Below, one piece after another: positions 41,867 through 51,955 of a stretch of DNA of 64,000 nucleotides (within the stretch, counting starts at the first letter, position 1; each line of letters begins with the position of its first letter). The translations under genes and the position numbers were made by a program. The DNA is from Bacilli bacterium. Its GTDB lineage: Bacteria; Bacillota_I; Bacilli_A; RFN20; CAG-826. Under the pieces are notes generated by a model. That model was not told the DNA's origin. It worked only from the letters and a program-made list of their open reading frames with translations, and did no database searches. The stretch covers positions 14,006 through 78,005 of the forward strand of contig JAFSMX010000014.1 of the NCBI GenBank assembly GCA_017447725.1. Reading direction: 5' to 3'.

Positions 41867-41905
41867 GTGGCACTCTTAACAACAAGAGTTACTCACCGAA
41901 GTGAG
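41848..41905 (-). promoter_or_regulatory. Tandem hairpins plus a T-run just upstream of rimP: terminator of the upstream gene and/or an attenuator in the nusA operon leader
   Basis: Hairpins ctcaccgaagtgag and agagtgccacgtggcactct followed by TTTAATTTATT. A sigma-A-like promoter (TTGCAA-16-TATTAT) lies just upstream at about 41940-41913. Confidence 0.4.
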
Positions 41906-41950
41906 CAACATAATAATATCAAATACAAACGAAGTTGCAACTATTATTTA

Positions 41951-42853
41951 TTAATAGAGACCTTTTTTGTATAAACCTTTCTCCACAAGTTTCTTTAAAG
42001 AAGCAACGACGAAATCCTTATCTTCTTTGTAAGTGACACCAAACCAAACGTCTGGTGTGGATAAAAGTTTTAAGGATGCTTTGCCTTCTTCAACAAGTTC
42101 TGAAACAACAGATGGGATGAGCCATTCATCTTTCAATGTTTGACCATGTTTATCTAACCAAGCTGGGAAGCGTTCATCTAAACGTTTGATGATGTCTTTG
42201 CTAAAAGCAAAGAGATTCATTGAGACTAATTGATCATCTGGCACAATGAAGGAATCTCCTCCATCAAGAGGTGTACATTCAACTTCACCTTTAGCGTTTC
42301 TTTCCACAGATGATTCAATCATCTTTGTAAGATATAAATCTTTATCATAGAAACAGACACCACGTTTAACAGATCCGTTTTCAGTCATTGTGTTAGCGAC
42401 TTTAAAGGCCACGTTCACGTATTGTCCTTCTTTATTAGATTTTAATCCTCTTAGATAATTAGCAGCGACTTGGTAGGTTTGTTGTCCATAGTAGTCATCA
42501 CCATTGATGATAATAAAATCTTCTTTAATTAAATCACGAGCAGCATAAATCGCGTGGGCGGTTCCCCATGGTTTTTCTCTTCCTTCTGGAACTTTGTAGC
42601 CTTTTGGAAGATCATCCATTTCTTGGAAGGCGTAGTGAGTTTCAATAATCTTTTCGACTCTTTTACCAATTGTGTCTTTAAAAGCTTGGTAAAATGCTTT
42701 CTTAATCACGAAAATAACTGATGTGAAACCCGCTAATTTAGCGTCATGAACGGAGTAATCGAGTAAAAAGTTACCCGCTTCATCCATTTTTTCCATTTGT
42801 TTTAATCCACCGAAACGGGAACCCATTCCAGCAGCAAGAATAACTAGTTGCAT
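41951..42853 (-). CDS. Sugar-phosphate nucleotidyltransferase family protein
   Basis: LAAGMGSRFGG N-terminal NTP-transferase motif; 300 aa. Confidence 0.65.
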   Translation of the reverse strand: MQLVILAAGMGSRFGGLKQMEKMDEAGNFLLDYSVHDAKLAGFTSVIFVIKKAFYQAFKDTIGKRVEKIIETHYAFQEMDDLPKGYKVPEGREKPWGTAHAIYAARDLIKEDFIIINGDDYYGQQTYQVAANYLRGLKSNKEGQYVNVAFKVANTMTENGSVKRGVCFYDKDLYLTKMIESSVERNAKGEVECTPLDGGDSFIVPDDQLVSMNLFAFSKDIIKRLDERFPAWLDKHGQTLKDEWLIPSVVSELVEEGKASLKLLSTPDVWFGVTYKEDKDFVVASLKKLVEKGLYKKGLY

Positions 42854-42984
42854 ACTTTATTTACCTCAACGCTACATATTGTAAGACAAAACTAATTAAT
42901 TTACTAATGTATTGTAAATATGTTGCAAAGAATGCGACTTTTACATATAATTTACGTGCTTTCTAAGAAAGGATAATTAAAATT

Positions 42985-43416
42985 ATGCGCAAAATTTTAT
43001 TACCAATTCTCTCTCTTGTTAGTGTGATTCTAGTTGCAATCGCGTTTGGCATTGCTGCTCAAACCGCGGCAACTCGTGTTGATGGTTCGAATTTTGGTAA
43101 CTATTATCAGTTAGTCTTCGAACGTGGAAGCAATGTCTTTGCTTTATTAAGCTTCATTCTTCTTGTTGTTGGCTCAGTTGTCTTAGTCTTCTGCCTAATT
43201 CCAACCAAGTTCCGCAAGTTCGTTCTTCCAGTCGGATCGGTATTACTGATCGTTTCTGGAGTATTCATGATTCTTGCTCCAAAACATGCTCAAGATGTTG
43301 CTGCGTTGACCGTCACTGGTTCAATGACTGCAACAGCTGTCCTTGTGATCGTTGCAGGTGCTGTCCTTTGCTTAATGACAGTCCTCTCCTTCCTTGGTAA
43401 AAAGGAATCCAAATAA
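42985..43416 (+). CDS. Small polytopic membrane protein
   Basis: 143 aa with 4 hydrophobic segments. Confidence 0.6.
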   Translation: MRKILLPILSLVSVILVAIAFGIAAQTAATRVDGSNFGNYYQLVFERGSNVFALLSFILLVVGSVVLVFCLIPTKFRKFVLPVGSVLLIVSGVFMILAPKHAQDVAALTVTGSMTATAVLVIVAGAVLCLMTVLSFLGKKESK

Positions 43417-43431
43417 GAAGCAAATTGAAAG

Positions 43432-43464
43432 AAAAAAGCGCATCAATGACGATGCGTTTTTTTG
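43432..43464 (+). terminator. Rho-independent terminator
   Basis: Stem gcgcatc...gatgcgt followed by TTTTTTT; an A-run upstream makes it potentially bidirectional. Confidence 0.6.
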
Positions 43465-43532
43465 TTGCTTAAGATTCCAAATTAACCAGGAATTGCTGGT
43501 AAATCCACTTTAAAGCCTCAATATTTTTAGAT

Positions 43533-43565
43533 AAGAAAAAGTCGAGCGATTCACACGCCCGACTA
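43533..43565 (-). terminator. Rho-independent terminator after the 169 aa membrane protein gene
   Basis: Hairpin gtcgagcg...cgcccgac followed by a T-run on the minus strand. Confidence 0.5.
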
Positions 43566-43589
43566 CTTCTTTGTTAATTAATATTCTAA

Positions 43590-44099
43590 TTACTTGCTTT
43601 GTTTAATTGCGTAGATAAATTCAACAAGACCATAGACAGCGATTAAGACACCGACAATGATCCAGAAAACACTACGGAAATCTGGGACAGCAATGTAAAG
43701 AACAGAAACAACAATGGCGACAATTCCGAGGACTAAATTCATTAAACCAGGAACGGTTTGTTTCTTAACTAAAAGATAGACTCCATAGGTTAAGATTCCT
43801 GCACCGGCGCCTAAGATAACGACAACGAGGAAGTTAATTAAAACTCCAACGGATAAGAAGTCGGTAAATAAGGTGACGCCAACGGCTAATAGAACACAGC
43901 CTAAGGTTAAGGTTGGTGCTGGAAGAGGTTGTTTCTTACTCATTGCATAGATGCCCATGGCAACTAAGCAAAGACCAGCGACTAGTGAAACGATTCCAAA
44001 GTAAACATCAAGAACAGCTTGACCACCAAAGATAGCGATTAAGATACCCATGACGATGAGGAAGATTCCACTGACTAATGTTTTATTCTTTTCACTCAT
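43590..44099 (-). CDS. DUF308/HdeD-like repeat membrane protein
   Basis: 169 aa; repeated GxxLxxxG TM units. Confidence 0.55.
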   Translation of the reverse strand: MSEKNKTLVSGIFLIVMGILIAIFGGQAVLDVYFGIVSLVAGLCLVAMGIYAMSKKQPLPAPTLTLGCVLLAVGVTLFTDFLSVGVLINFLVVVILGAGAGILTYGVYLLVKKQTVPGLMNLVLGIVAIVVSVLYIAVPDFRSVFWIIVGVLIAVYGLVEFIYAIKQSK

Positions 44100-44159
44100 T
44101 TCTTTCTTTCCTTTCGTTTTAAACGAAAATACTTTAATACAATTAAATCATAATATCAA

Positions 44160-44184
44160 TATTAAAAGGTGCCCTTCGGCACCT
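44160..44184 (-). terminator. Rho-independent terminator after the 537 aa gene
   Basis: Hairpin aggtgcccttcggcacct followed by a T-rich tract on the minus strand. Confidence 0.5.
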
Positions 44185-44269
44185 ATTTGATTAAGAATAA
44201 CAAATTATAACCGAATGCTGCTATTACTGAACTAAACGACTTTAAATTTTTAGGAAGTGTGCACTATTA

Positions 44270-45883
44270 TTATGCCGAATGATATCTTTTCTTTTTAATT
44301 AAGATTAAGCCCAAACAAAGTGTTGTTGAAATAAGGACGGTAATCACAACAATTAAGGTGGAGCCATTTTCATCTAAAATACTTGTTGATAGATAACTCA
44401 TTTGTAAAGGTGTGATTTCTCTTTCTAAGAAATTACTAACCCCATATTTAGCGACAATATAATCGTAACGTTTTAAAAAATTTCCGACAGTTTGGTTTGG
44501 TTTGCTTATTGAGTTAATTAATTCTTCTGCATCAGCAGTTTTAAAATATGTTTTTCGACTTGAATCAATCTTCTCCCAATATGGAGTCATTCGGAATCGG
44601 GAAAAAATGTTTTCGTAATTATCAACAGCATTTTCAAAACTTCCATAAATCCCGAGGTTCCAAGGATCAGCTTGATAATAATTACAGCTTAAACATGTCA
44701 TTGATAAAAATGTTGCAGCTGTTTCCTCTGTATGATAATGATTATTTCCTAGACTAAATTCTGTCAATCCGACTAAGTTAGGATTAATTAAACGAACAAC
44801 TCCATCATTGTTTTGAATTTGACAGGTAAGATAAATATCATTACCACAAATAGTTTGATAACGGGTTTTTATCTCTTCATAAAGGGTTTGGTTAGATGAG
44901 CCAAAATAAATATTAATATATTCTGTAACCCAGAATTTATCTTGATAGCCATATTTTAAATTTAAGATATTATTTTGATCAACATCATATAAATAAATCG
45001 AACCTTCAAAGAAATATCGCTCTTCACTAACAGTTCCAACAGGTAATGTTTGACCGATTTCCACTGTTTGTTTGGAATCAAGTTCATCATAAACAGTTAT
45101 AACTGTATATCCATAACCTTTTTTAGATAAACCATCTTTTGAGATGGCTTCAACGGTCAGCATTATACTACCTTTTGCTAAAGCCTTTAATACAAAACTA
45201 TAAGTGTTTCCTTGATGATAATTTCCGTTGTAATCATAATATGATTCAATCTGAGTGTTATAAAGCACTTGGACAACATCTTCGTCCGATGAATAATAAT
45301 CAACATTAACCAAATTGTATGTGTATTCTTCTTGAGCAGAAGTGACCTCGAACATGTCACCAACCTTCATCACAGTTTGGACATAAACAAAATTCACTAC
45401 AAAATCTTTTTCATGTTGTTCCTCAATTGAAACAATTTGACTACCACTGGTGTATTCTTTCGTGTTCCCTTTATAGTTCACGAGGCTTCCTTCAATTGTT
45501 ACAACTTTACCAACAGTTAAAAGAGCAGCTGTTTCTTCAGTCCAGCCATCCCCATTAATATAAAAACCACGATAAATTTCTAATTCGTTGTTACGAGAAC
45601 CATCATCCGAAATAAAGAAAGTGGCGTTTTGCCACATTGAAGTTTGAATTTCGTTGATATGACAAACAATCCCTTTTGTCACAAAAGTTCCTGTTGCCGT
45701 TGTTCCTACTTCAGCACATTTTTCTAATGCGTCTTGAACGGAATATGGATCTTCTCTTGTTCCAGCATGTTCATATGAATATGAAGCATATGTTGGTTTA
45801 ATATTAATATCGTTCTTTTGAGAGCAAATAGCTCCAAAAGATAAAAGCATTAATAAAGGAATTAATAAAAAGTGTTTCTTCAT
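44270..45883 (-). CDS. Secreted, C-terminally membrane-anchored protein of unknown function (537 aa)
   Basis: N-terminal signal peptide MKKHFLLIPLLMLLSFGAIC; a C-terminal TM segment plus KKKRYHSA tail; no recognisable catalytic motif. Confidence 0.6.
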   Translation of the reverse strand: MKKHFLLIPLLMLLSFGAICSQKNDINIKPTYASYSYEHAGTREDPYSVQDALEKCAEVGTTATGTFVTKGIVCHINEIQTSMWQNATFFISDDGSRNNELEIYRGFYINGDGWTEETAALLTVGKVVTIEGSLVNYKGNTKEYTSGSQIVSIEEQHEKDFVVNFVYVQTVMKVGDMFEVTSAQEEYTYNLVNVDYYSSDEDVVQVLYNTQIESYYDYNGNYHQGNTYSFVLKALAKGSIMLTVEAISKDGLSKKGYGYTVITVYDELDSKQTVEIGQTLPVGTVSEERYFFEGSIYLYDVDQNNILNLKYGYQDKFWVTEYINIYFGSSNQTLYEEIKTRYQTICGNDIYLTCQIQNNDGVVRLINPNLVGLTEFSLGNNHYHTEETAATFLSMTCLSCNYYQADPWNLGIYGSFENAVDNYENIFSRFRMTPYWEKIDSSRKTYFKTADAEELINSISKPNQTVGNFLKRYDYIVAKYGVSNFLEREITPLQMSYLSTSILDENGSTLIVVITVLISTTLCLGLILIKKKRYHSA

Positions 45884-46101
45884 ATTATAACCTCTTTACC
45901 TATGAGTTTTATCATAAAGAGAGCGAGAGAGTCAAGCACTTACTATGTAAGAGTGTCAATATAATCAGTTGTTTAGAATAGTAATAATATATTTAGATAG
46001 ATTTGCTATAGATGGATCTCACTATCAAATATGAGACTAGATTTAAAGATTTTCAGCAATTGTATTAATTTTAAATTTCTATAGCAAATGCCTTAAGAGA
46101 A

Positions 46102-46128
46102 ATTAAAAAGGCGCCACAATGACGCCTT
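46102..46128 (-). terminator. Hairpin terminator
   Basis: Stem aaggcg...cgcctt followed by a T-run on the minus strand. Confidence 0.4.
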
Positions 46129-46332
46129 AATTAAGAGGATTAGGTTCTATTCAAACAACTGTGGATGGCCATTTTTAACAACCACATTAGATTGAATAGT
46201 TTTTAATTCAATAAAAATAAGGAAAAAGTCCTCTATAATTTTTTTACGTAACAAACAACACAGATTAATTTTGTTATAGATACAAAGTATTTGCACTCTT
46301 AAATCCGAATTATACAGGCAAATAGAAAGCCA

Positions 46333-46377
46333 TAAGAAAACCGGGATCGCACGATATGCAGATGTGTAATCCCGGTT
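46333..46377 (-). terminator. Hairpin terminator downstream of the PAP2 gene
   Basis: 9-bp stem aaccgggat...atcccggtt followed by TTTTCTT on the minus strand. Confidence 0.45.
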
Positions 46378-46471
46378 GTAAACCACAGAGATTTGAATAG
46401 CTCTATTTACGGAATTTGTCTGGAAAACCACACAAATCCACACTAGATTTCATAGAGCCGAGGATTAATCG

Positions 46472-47185
46472 TTATTCGTCTTCGTTTTTAAGTTCAATGT
46501 ATTCGTCTTTGACCTCTGTTGGAATTAACCAGCGGCATAACCCAATAAAGAGGAAATAGACCGCTAGGGTCAAGATGACGCTAGCAATGATGTCACTTAA
46601 CCAGTGTTTTACCGCTAATAGCCTTGTTAAGACTAGTAAACAGGTGAGAATCACTGTGGAAAGATGAATCAATGTTTTAAATAATCCATCTTTGACCCAA
46701 AGGAACTTTAATAAGACGTAACTATTGAGTAAGAAGAATGATCCGCCAATGAAGACATGGCTGGAAGGATAAGAAGCCTTCAAATTTTCAAATGTGCTTT
46801 CTGGAGAGTAATTAATGTGCACAAGTTCAAAGAAGGCATAAAGAATGACGACTAGAACATACGCTCCAGTAAGGAAATAGAAAATTGGATTAATCTTCTT
46901 TAAAGATTTGTATTTGATGAGCTGAATTATTGCCACAGCGACAAGGATTCCCACGTATCCAAAGGATACATAAAGGAGAATGCTTGACACTGTGCGCATA
47001 AATTCATATTTACCAAATTCGGTCACGAGATCGCCAAACTTATAGTTAATACTATAAAAGCCAAGCTTTGTCCCATTATACGAGACTGTTTGAACATCAA
47101 CAGTTTTTACTAAGATTGTCCAAAGGACAAACAAAGCAAAGAAAGCGATACTTAGCCAGAAGAAGACTTGCTTTCTAACGTTCAT
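46472..47185 (-). CDS. PAP2-family membrane phosphatase
   Basis: PSSH and HWLSD motifs (PAP2 motifs 2 and 3); 6 TM segments. Confidence 0.65.
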   Translation of the reverse strand: MNVRKQVFFWLSIAFFALFVLWTILVKTVDVQTVSYNGTKLGFYSINYKFGDLVTEFGKYEFMRTVSSILLYVSFGYVGILVAVAIIQLIKYKSLKKINPIFYFLTGAYVLVVILYAFFELVHINYSPESTFENLKASYPSSHVFIGGSFFLLNSYVLLKFLWVKDGLFKTLIHLSTVILTCLLVLTRLLAVKHWLSDIIASVILTLAVYFLFIGLCRWLIPTEVKDEYIELKNEDE

Positions 47186-47188
47186 AGA

Positions 47189-50100
47189 TTAACGTGGTTG
47201 CTCCCAGCTATATGTGTATGGGTTCTTAGCATTGTTAAAGTAAGAACTGTTTTGTGTTTCGCTAATGGCTTTGCCATTGACGTTTCCGCTTAAAGCAGTT
47301 AAACGTTCTTGACCATTGCTGTTCCACTTACTTAAAGCTTTAGTTGCGTCAAGTTCCGCGTCATCAACGCTAGCGGTAAAGCTGACGTTAATATCGGCAA
47401 TGAAGTGGACACGGAGGGAAGCGATTAATTTACCAAGGATATCCATGGTGATGGTGTTTCCATCTTTGTCTTTAAGTGGATTTCCATCTTCATCGTATCC
47501 AACTGGAATTGCTTTAGAAACGATTGTCGCTTCGACTTCACGAAGAGCATCAATTCCGGTTAATTCGTTGAGGTTTAGACCTAAACGGATGACAGATGAA
47601 TCAACACCATCATAGATTTCACGAGCACAGTTAAAGCCTGTGGATGTGAAGGTGTTAACAAAGTTACCAGCTTCTTTTTCAGAACTACTTGAAGTCGCGC
47701 TTCCAAGTAATTTGGATTCAAGATAAGAATTCTTAATACCGATAACACCACCTAAAAGGTAGGTTGCAATTTCATCAATAAAGTTCTTACTTGTGGAACG
47801 ATAGTGATAGGTCTTGCAATCGTAGAAGTATTCGGTGTGCCAATTTAGGAAGGAACCAGTAATACGGGAATCTTCTGTTTTTAATGTACGAGCAATGTTA
47901 AACATACCAGCGACACCGTTATGATCATCGTCATTAAATGTTTCGAATGTCATCTCGGCTTCCATAGATTTCTTATTTAATAAGTTGGATGTAACGTCTT
48001 GGGTGTATAAACCACTGACTGGGATGGAACCGAACTTACCATAAACTTTAGCTTTTTCTCCATCAACATAGATGTAGAAGTTAATGTTCTTTAATTCGAT
48101 ATCGATAATACTACCTAAGGCTTTCACTTGAGCGTTCGCACTTAAGTGCCAGTAGTTTGGTTTAGTTGTGTTGATACCTAAGTCTAATAAGACTTTGATA
48201 CCATCAAGGTTCATGTATTTTTCATTTTCCACGTTCGCACGGTTAATCACAGGTTGATAATTATTATCATAATCAGTGAGTTCAAAGTGGAAGTTGAGTA
48301 ATTTAGCGTCTGAGCCTGTGCCCATTGCGAAATTAACAACATCTAAAGATTTTAATGTTTGGTTTCCAGTTTCGTTGTTACCATTGAAGTTTACTTCAAT
48401 TGTAATATCATCTGGTAAACCAAGCATAATCTTGGAAATCACGATACGTAATCCTCCACCATTATTAATGACGGAGACTTCTTGGATGAGTTCGTTACTT
48501 GTTAAGCGGACATAGTCTTTAGTATTGATAATGTCACCTAAAGCACCGAATCCAAGTAAATCAATGATTGGTCCAAGGAATTTAGTGAATTTTGGATCGC
48601 TACCGAAATCGTTAGCGAATGTTTTAATGATATCAAAGATATCAGAGAATGTTTGTAAGCGTAACTTACCTTTAATGTTGGCTTCATCTGGTTTTCCATA
48701 GACAAATAAGGCTAAGTTATTGTTTTCACGTTTAAGTACTGCACCATTCTCATCTTCAGTTTTGATGATGTTACTAGCAACGTTAGCAACGTCAATAGCC
48801 ATATCGTGGGTGGCCCAAATTTTATCGGAATGATATTTATATTCATCAATGTGCATTGTGCCATAACCACGTTTAATTTCGTCGTTATTGTCTAATTGGC
48901 CTTCACCAGAGAAGTCTGTTCCTAAGCCATTGCTATCTTTCATTGAACCATTAACAGTAAAACCGGTTTTCTTGGTATCAATGAAATCACTGACTTGGTC
49001 AATGACATCTGGGATGAATTTCACAGATTGATAGTCGTTCTTGTCACCAAGATCGACTTCAGCAAATGGAGCGGTATTAGCGCTCACATTAGCTGTGAAA
49101 TCTCCAAAGGAGATATTTGTAGCTTCAATAGCGAATTGGCTGACATTTCCTAAAGCTTCGTATTGTTCAAAAGCTTCGACTCTTTCTTCATAAGTTGGTA
49201 AAGAAGCAATAGCTGTGTTCACGCTACTGACGTTGGAGTCGTTTTTGAGATTAATATCTAAGTGAGCATTGTCACCAATTCCGAATTTAGAAAGATTTAA
49301 ACCAACATGAACACCATCTTGATCGCTTTCTAATGTTTCAAGAATATCAAGGAAGAAGGAGAAATCTCCTTGTTCAACTGAAGAAGCTAAGTCATCAGTT
49401 AGGATTCCTTTTAATGTTTCAAGTGAATCAGTGCTTTCTTCGCCGCTTGTGGATTCAATCATGTCTGGAACCATGTCGATAATACGGTTAGTGGTTTCAG
49501 TATCCATTTTGAGTTTCATCACGGCTTTCTTGTTATGATTCACATCTTCTTGCTCGTTAAAACGAACATAACCATTACCTTCAGCATAGCCAAGGTCAAA
49601 GTTAGCGTATTCAATATCGTTTTGTCCGATTAAAGAAACTTGTAAGTTGAAGCCAAGTTTTTTGATGGCGTTTTCAAGAGTTAATTCTTCTTCGTTTTCA
49701 TCATTATTAGCTTCTTCAGTAGCTCCAATTTCATATTGACTTAAGTCAAGGAGTTCGTCGAAGTTAACATTAACAGATCCTTCAATCTTGGCGATATCAA
49801 TGGGGTTTCTCTTTGTGTCTTTACCATCAAGGTCAAGAGCAAATTCAAAGCCAAAGCGTTGGTGTTCACCATCTTCTTTTAATAAAGAAATTAATTTATT
49901 AGATAATCCGGTGTAGTTAAAGACTTCAACATAGTCGTTTCCACTTGCTGGGGAAACAAAGCTTTCATAGTCTTTAAGATTAACACGGATTCCACCTTGG
50001 ATGGTGATGTCACCAAAGGTAATTGTGCCAAGATCAACATATTTTAATGTGAATTTATCATCGGTTGTGATCTTGATGCAGAAATCTCCACCTTCTTCAC

Positions 50101-50833
50101 CAAGAGTAAAGAGCCAGTCGGTGCCGACTTGTTCTTCTTTTGGTCCGTTAGCAAGAAGTGACATGAAGTCAAAACCACCTGTAGATGGTTCTTCATTAGC
50201 GTTTTCGGCGCTTTCTTCACTGCTTCCGTTCATTAAGTTGTCGATTAAGCCTCCAACTGTTTCATCGGCGAACTGACCAAGACCACGCATGAGTTTTGGT
50301 AAATCCATATTCGCGTATAAAGCAAAGGCGTACCAATATTCATCGACAAGCTTATTGCCTGTGAAATCAGTCATTTTCAGCTTTAAGTTACGTAATCCAA
50401 AATAGACATCATCTTGGAAACGACCTAAAGTTAATGGAAGTTGTTTGCCGTTATAATCAGCAACAGCGTTCACATTAAATTCCACACCAGATAAAGAAAG
50501 AGCAGACATTCTAAAGTCAATGTCACCTTCAACACCAATATTATTAGTGAATGAAGCGTCTTTGTTCATCTTGTAGCTGACTTTGAAGTTATCAAACTGG
50601 GCATTTAAGTATTTTGCCGCAGTGTTTTCTTCTTCGTCTAAGCCAATGTCTTTGGTAATTTTAGTGACAAATTGACCAAAAGCAGTTGGTTCAGGTGTGT
50701 CAACTGAGACATCGATAAATTTTGTTCGATTCGGGGTAACCATGTAGCCACCAATGAATGTACCAACGAAAGCAAGTACACCAGTTGAAATAATAGCTGC
50801 ACGTTTAAGAGCTTTTTTCATTCTAGGTTTCAT
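47189..50833 (-). CDS. Giant N-terminally anchored extracytoplasmic protein (1214 aa), unknown function
   Basis: Single N-terminal TM segment AIISTGVLAFVGTFIGGYMV, then more than 1100 aa of polar, beta-rich sequence with no enzymatic motifs. Forms an operon with the 303 aa gene upstream and the PAP2 gene downstream. Confidence 0.7.
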   Translation of the reverse strand: MKPRMKKALKRAAIISTGVLAFVGTFIGGYMVTPNRTKFIDVSVDTPEPTAFGQFVTKITKDIGLDEEENTAAKYLNAQFDNFKVSYKMNKDASFTNNIGVEGDIDFRMSALSLSGVEFNVNAVADYNGKQLPLTLGRFQDDVYFGLRNLKLKMTDFTGNKLVDEYWYAFALYANMDLPKLMRGLGQFADETVGGLIDNLMNGSSEESAENANEEPSTGGFDFMSLLANGPKEEQVGTDWLFTLGEEGGDFCIKITTDDKFTLKYVDLGTITFGDITIQGGIRVNLKDYESFVSPASGNDYVEVFNYTGLSNKLISLLKEDGEHQRFGFEFALDLDGKDTKRNPIDIAKIEGSVNVNFDELLDLSQYEIGATEEANNDENEEELTLENAIKKLGFNLQVSLIGQNDIEYANFDLGYAEGNGYVRFNEQEDVNHNKKAVMKLKMDTETTNRIIDMVPDMIESTSGEESTDSLETLKGILTDDLASSVEQGDFSFFLDILETLESDQDGVHVGLNLSKFGIGDNAHLDINLKNDSNVSSVNTAIASLPTYEERVEAFEQYEALGNVSQFAIEATNISFGDFTANVSANTAPFAEVDLGDKNDYQSVKFIPDVIDQVSDFIDTKKTGFTVNGSMKDSNGLGTDFSGEGQLDNNDEIKRGYGTMHIDEYKYHSDKIWATHDMAIDVANVASNIIKTEDENGAVLKRENNNLALFVYGKPDEANIKGKLRLQTFSDIFDIIKTFANDFGSDPKFTKFLGPIIDLLGFGALGDIINTKDYVRLTSNELIQEVSVINNGGGLRIVISKIMLGLPDDITIEVNFNGNNETGNQTLKSLDVVNFAMGTGSDAKLLNFHFELTDYDNNYQPVINRANVENEKYMNLDGIKVLLDLGINTTKPNYWHLSANAQVKALGSIIDIELKNINFYIYVDGEKAKVYGKFGSIPVSGLYTQDVTSNLLNKKSMEAEMTFETFNDDDHNGVAGMFNIARTLKTEDSRITGSFLNWHTEYFYDCKTYHYRSTSKNFIDEIATYLLGGVIGIKNSYLESKLLGSATSSSSEKEAGNFVNTFTSTGFNCAREIYDGVDSSVIRLGLNLNELTGIDALREVEATIVSKAIPVGYDEDGNPLKDKDGNTITMDILGKLIASLRVHFIADINVSFTASVDDAELDATKALSKWNSNGQERLTALSGNVNGKAISETQNSSYFNNAKNPYTYSWEQPR

Positions 50834-50835
50834 TT

Positions 50836-51747
50836 TTAAGCCTCCTTATCTTTTATCGAGAAGTCGAATTCTTCATTCCATGAAGGGATCTTCATTTCCC
50901 CAACATGGTAGTAGTATTCGAGAACGTCATTTGTTTTAGCTGGGACAGGAATTCCTTCCTTTGTCGCAGTAAACGTTTCATCAATGGAGAGGTGCTTAAG
51001 AACTAGATCTTTACTCAACGTATAAGTTAGTTTGACCTCTTCAAATGGTGGGAGATTACTTAATCCAGAGAGGTTCAGCATCTGTGTCTTGTAATAGAAG
51101 GTACTGAGATTTGGATTAAGATTCATCTTGATGACAACATCGTCTCCACGTGTTGTTCGCGAACTGTCTATCGTTGTTTTATCTGAAATAACGTAGATAA
51201 ACATTTCATCAAGAGTTTTACCGAGATATTCCTTGTATTCCTCTTTGCTAAATGTTTTTGTAGGTGTTTGAGGATACGTAGCGTGCTCGGAACCGCTTGG
51301 AGTTCCATCATGGACGATTACTGGACCATCTTTACCATGTTGGTAAGATCGTTTCGCTAAAGCGACCATTGAGGAGAACGAAATCTGATCTTCGTAATAC
51401 TCATCTCCATTTTTAATGAATGCATTTCGAACGGTTTGAGTAACGATTGTCTTCGCATCTCCAATCGAGTAGAAGTAGCAATTCGGCATTTGTCTGAACT
51501 TTTCAAAGGCAACGTTCATGACTTCAGCATCAGAGAAACTCTTCACTCCGTTGATGGTTTTATCGGATAAGCCTTCATACCTTTTCCAAATGGCATCAAC
51601 GTCTGGCGAGAATTCTTTTGGATCGAAGCCTGGCGGGTACATTTCATCGATCGGGCCAATTGTCTTTTTTAGAACAATGCCAGTCCCGATACCTGCCACG
51701 GCGCAGATCCCGACTGTGAGAATATAACTGAGAAGTAGTTTTTTCAT
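50836..51747 (-). CDS. N-terminally anchored extracytoplasmic protein (303 aa)
   Basis: TM anchor LLLSYILTVGICAVAGIGTGIVL; first gene of the operon. Confidence 0.6.
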   Translation of the reverse strand: MKKLLLSYILTVGICAVAGIGTGIVLKKTIGPIDEMYPPGFDPKEFSPDVDAIWKRYEGLSDKTINGVKSFSDAEVMNVAFEKFRQMPNCYFYSIGDAKTIVTQTVRNAFIKNGDEYYEDQISFSSMVALAKRSYQHGKDGPVIVHDGTPSGSEHATYPQTPTKTFSKEEYKEYLGKTLDEMFIYVISDKTTIDSSRTTRGDDVVIKMNLNPNLSTFYYKTQMLNLSGLSNLPPFEEVKLTYTLSKDLVLKHLSIDETFTATKEGIPVPAKTNDVLEYYYHVGEMKIPSWNEEFDFSIKDKEA

Positions 51748-51955
51748 GTTCTTGTTCAGCTTTTTTTCTTCGTCTTTCTCCTTAAACTGCCGATCATAAT
51801 ATTAAATTATGTCAATGTAAAGGTAACCCTATTGTGCGTATACCTTATAAATAGAACAAAGTTCTCATCAAAATAGAGCAAAAAACACTATTCTCTAAAA
51901 AATAGAATTTATAATTCTTCTTGTATTTTCTATTCCCACATTCTATTATAAGGTC

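Noticed and set aside
46147-46443. 98 aa ORF in the PAP2 to 537-aa spacer
   Set aside because: It spans a strong terminator hairpin, has odd Cys/Trp-rich low-complexity composition and no SD. The region is more likely non-coding or an sRNA.
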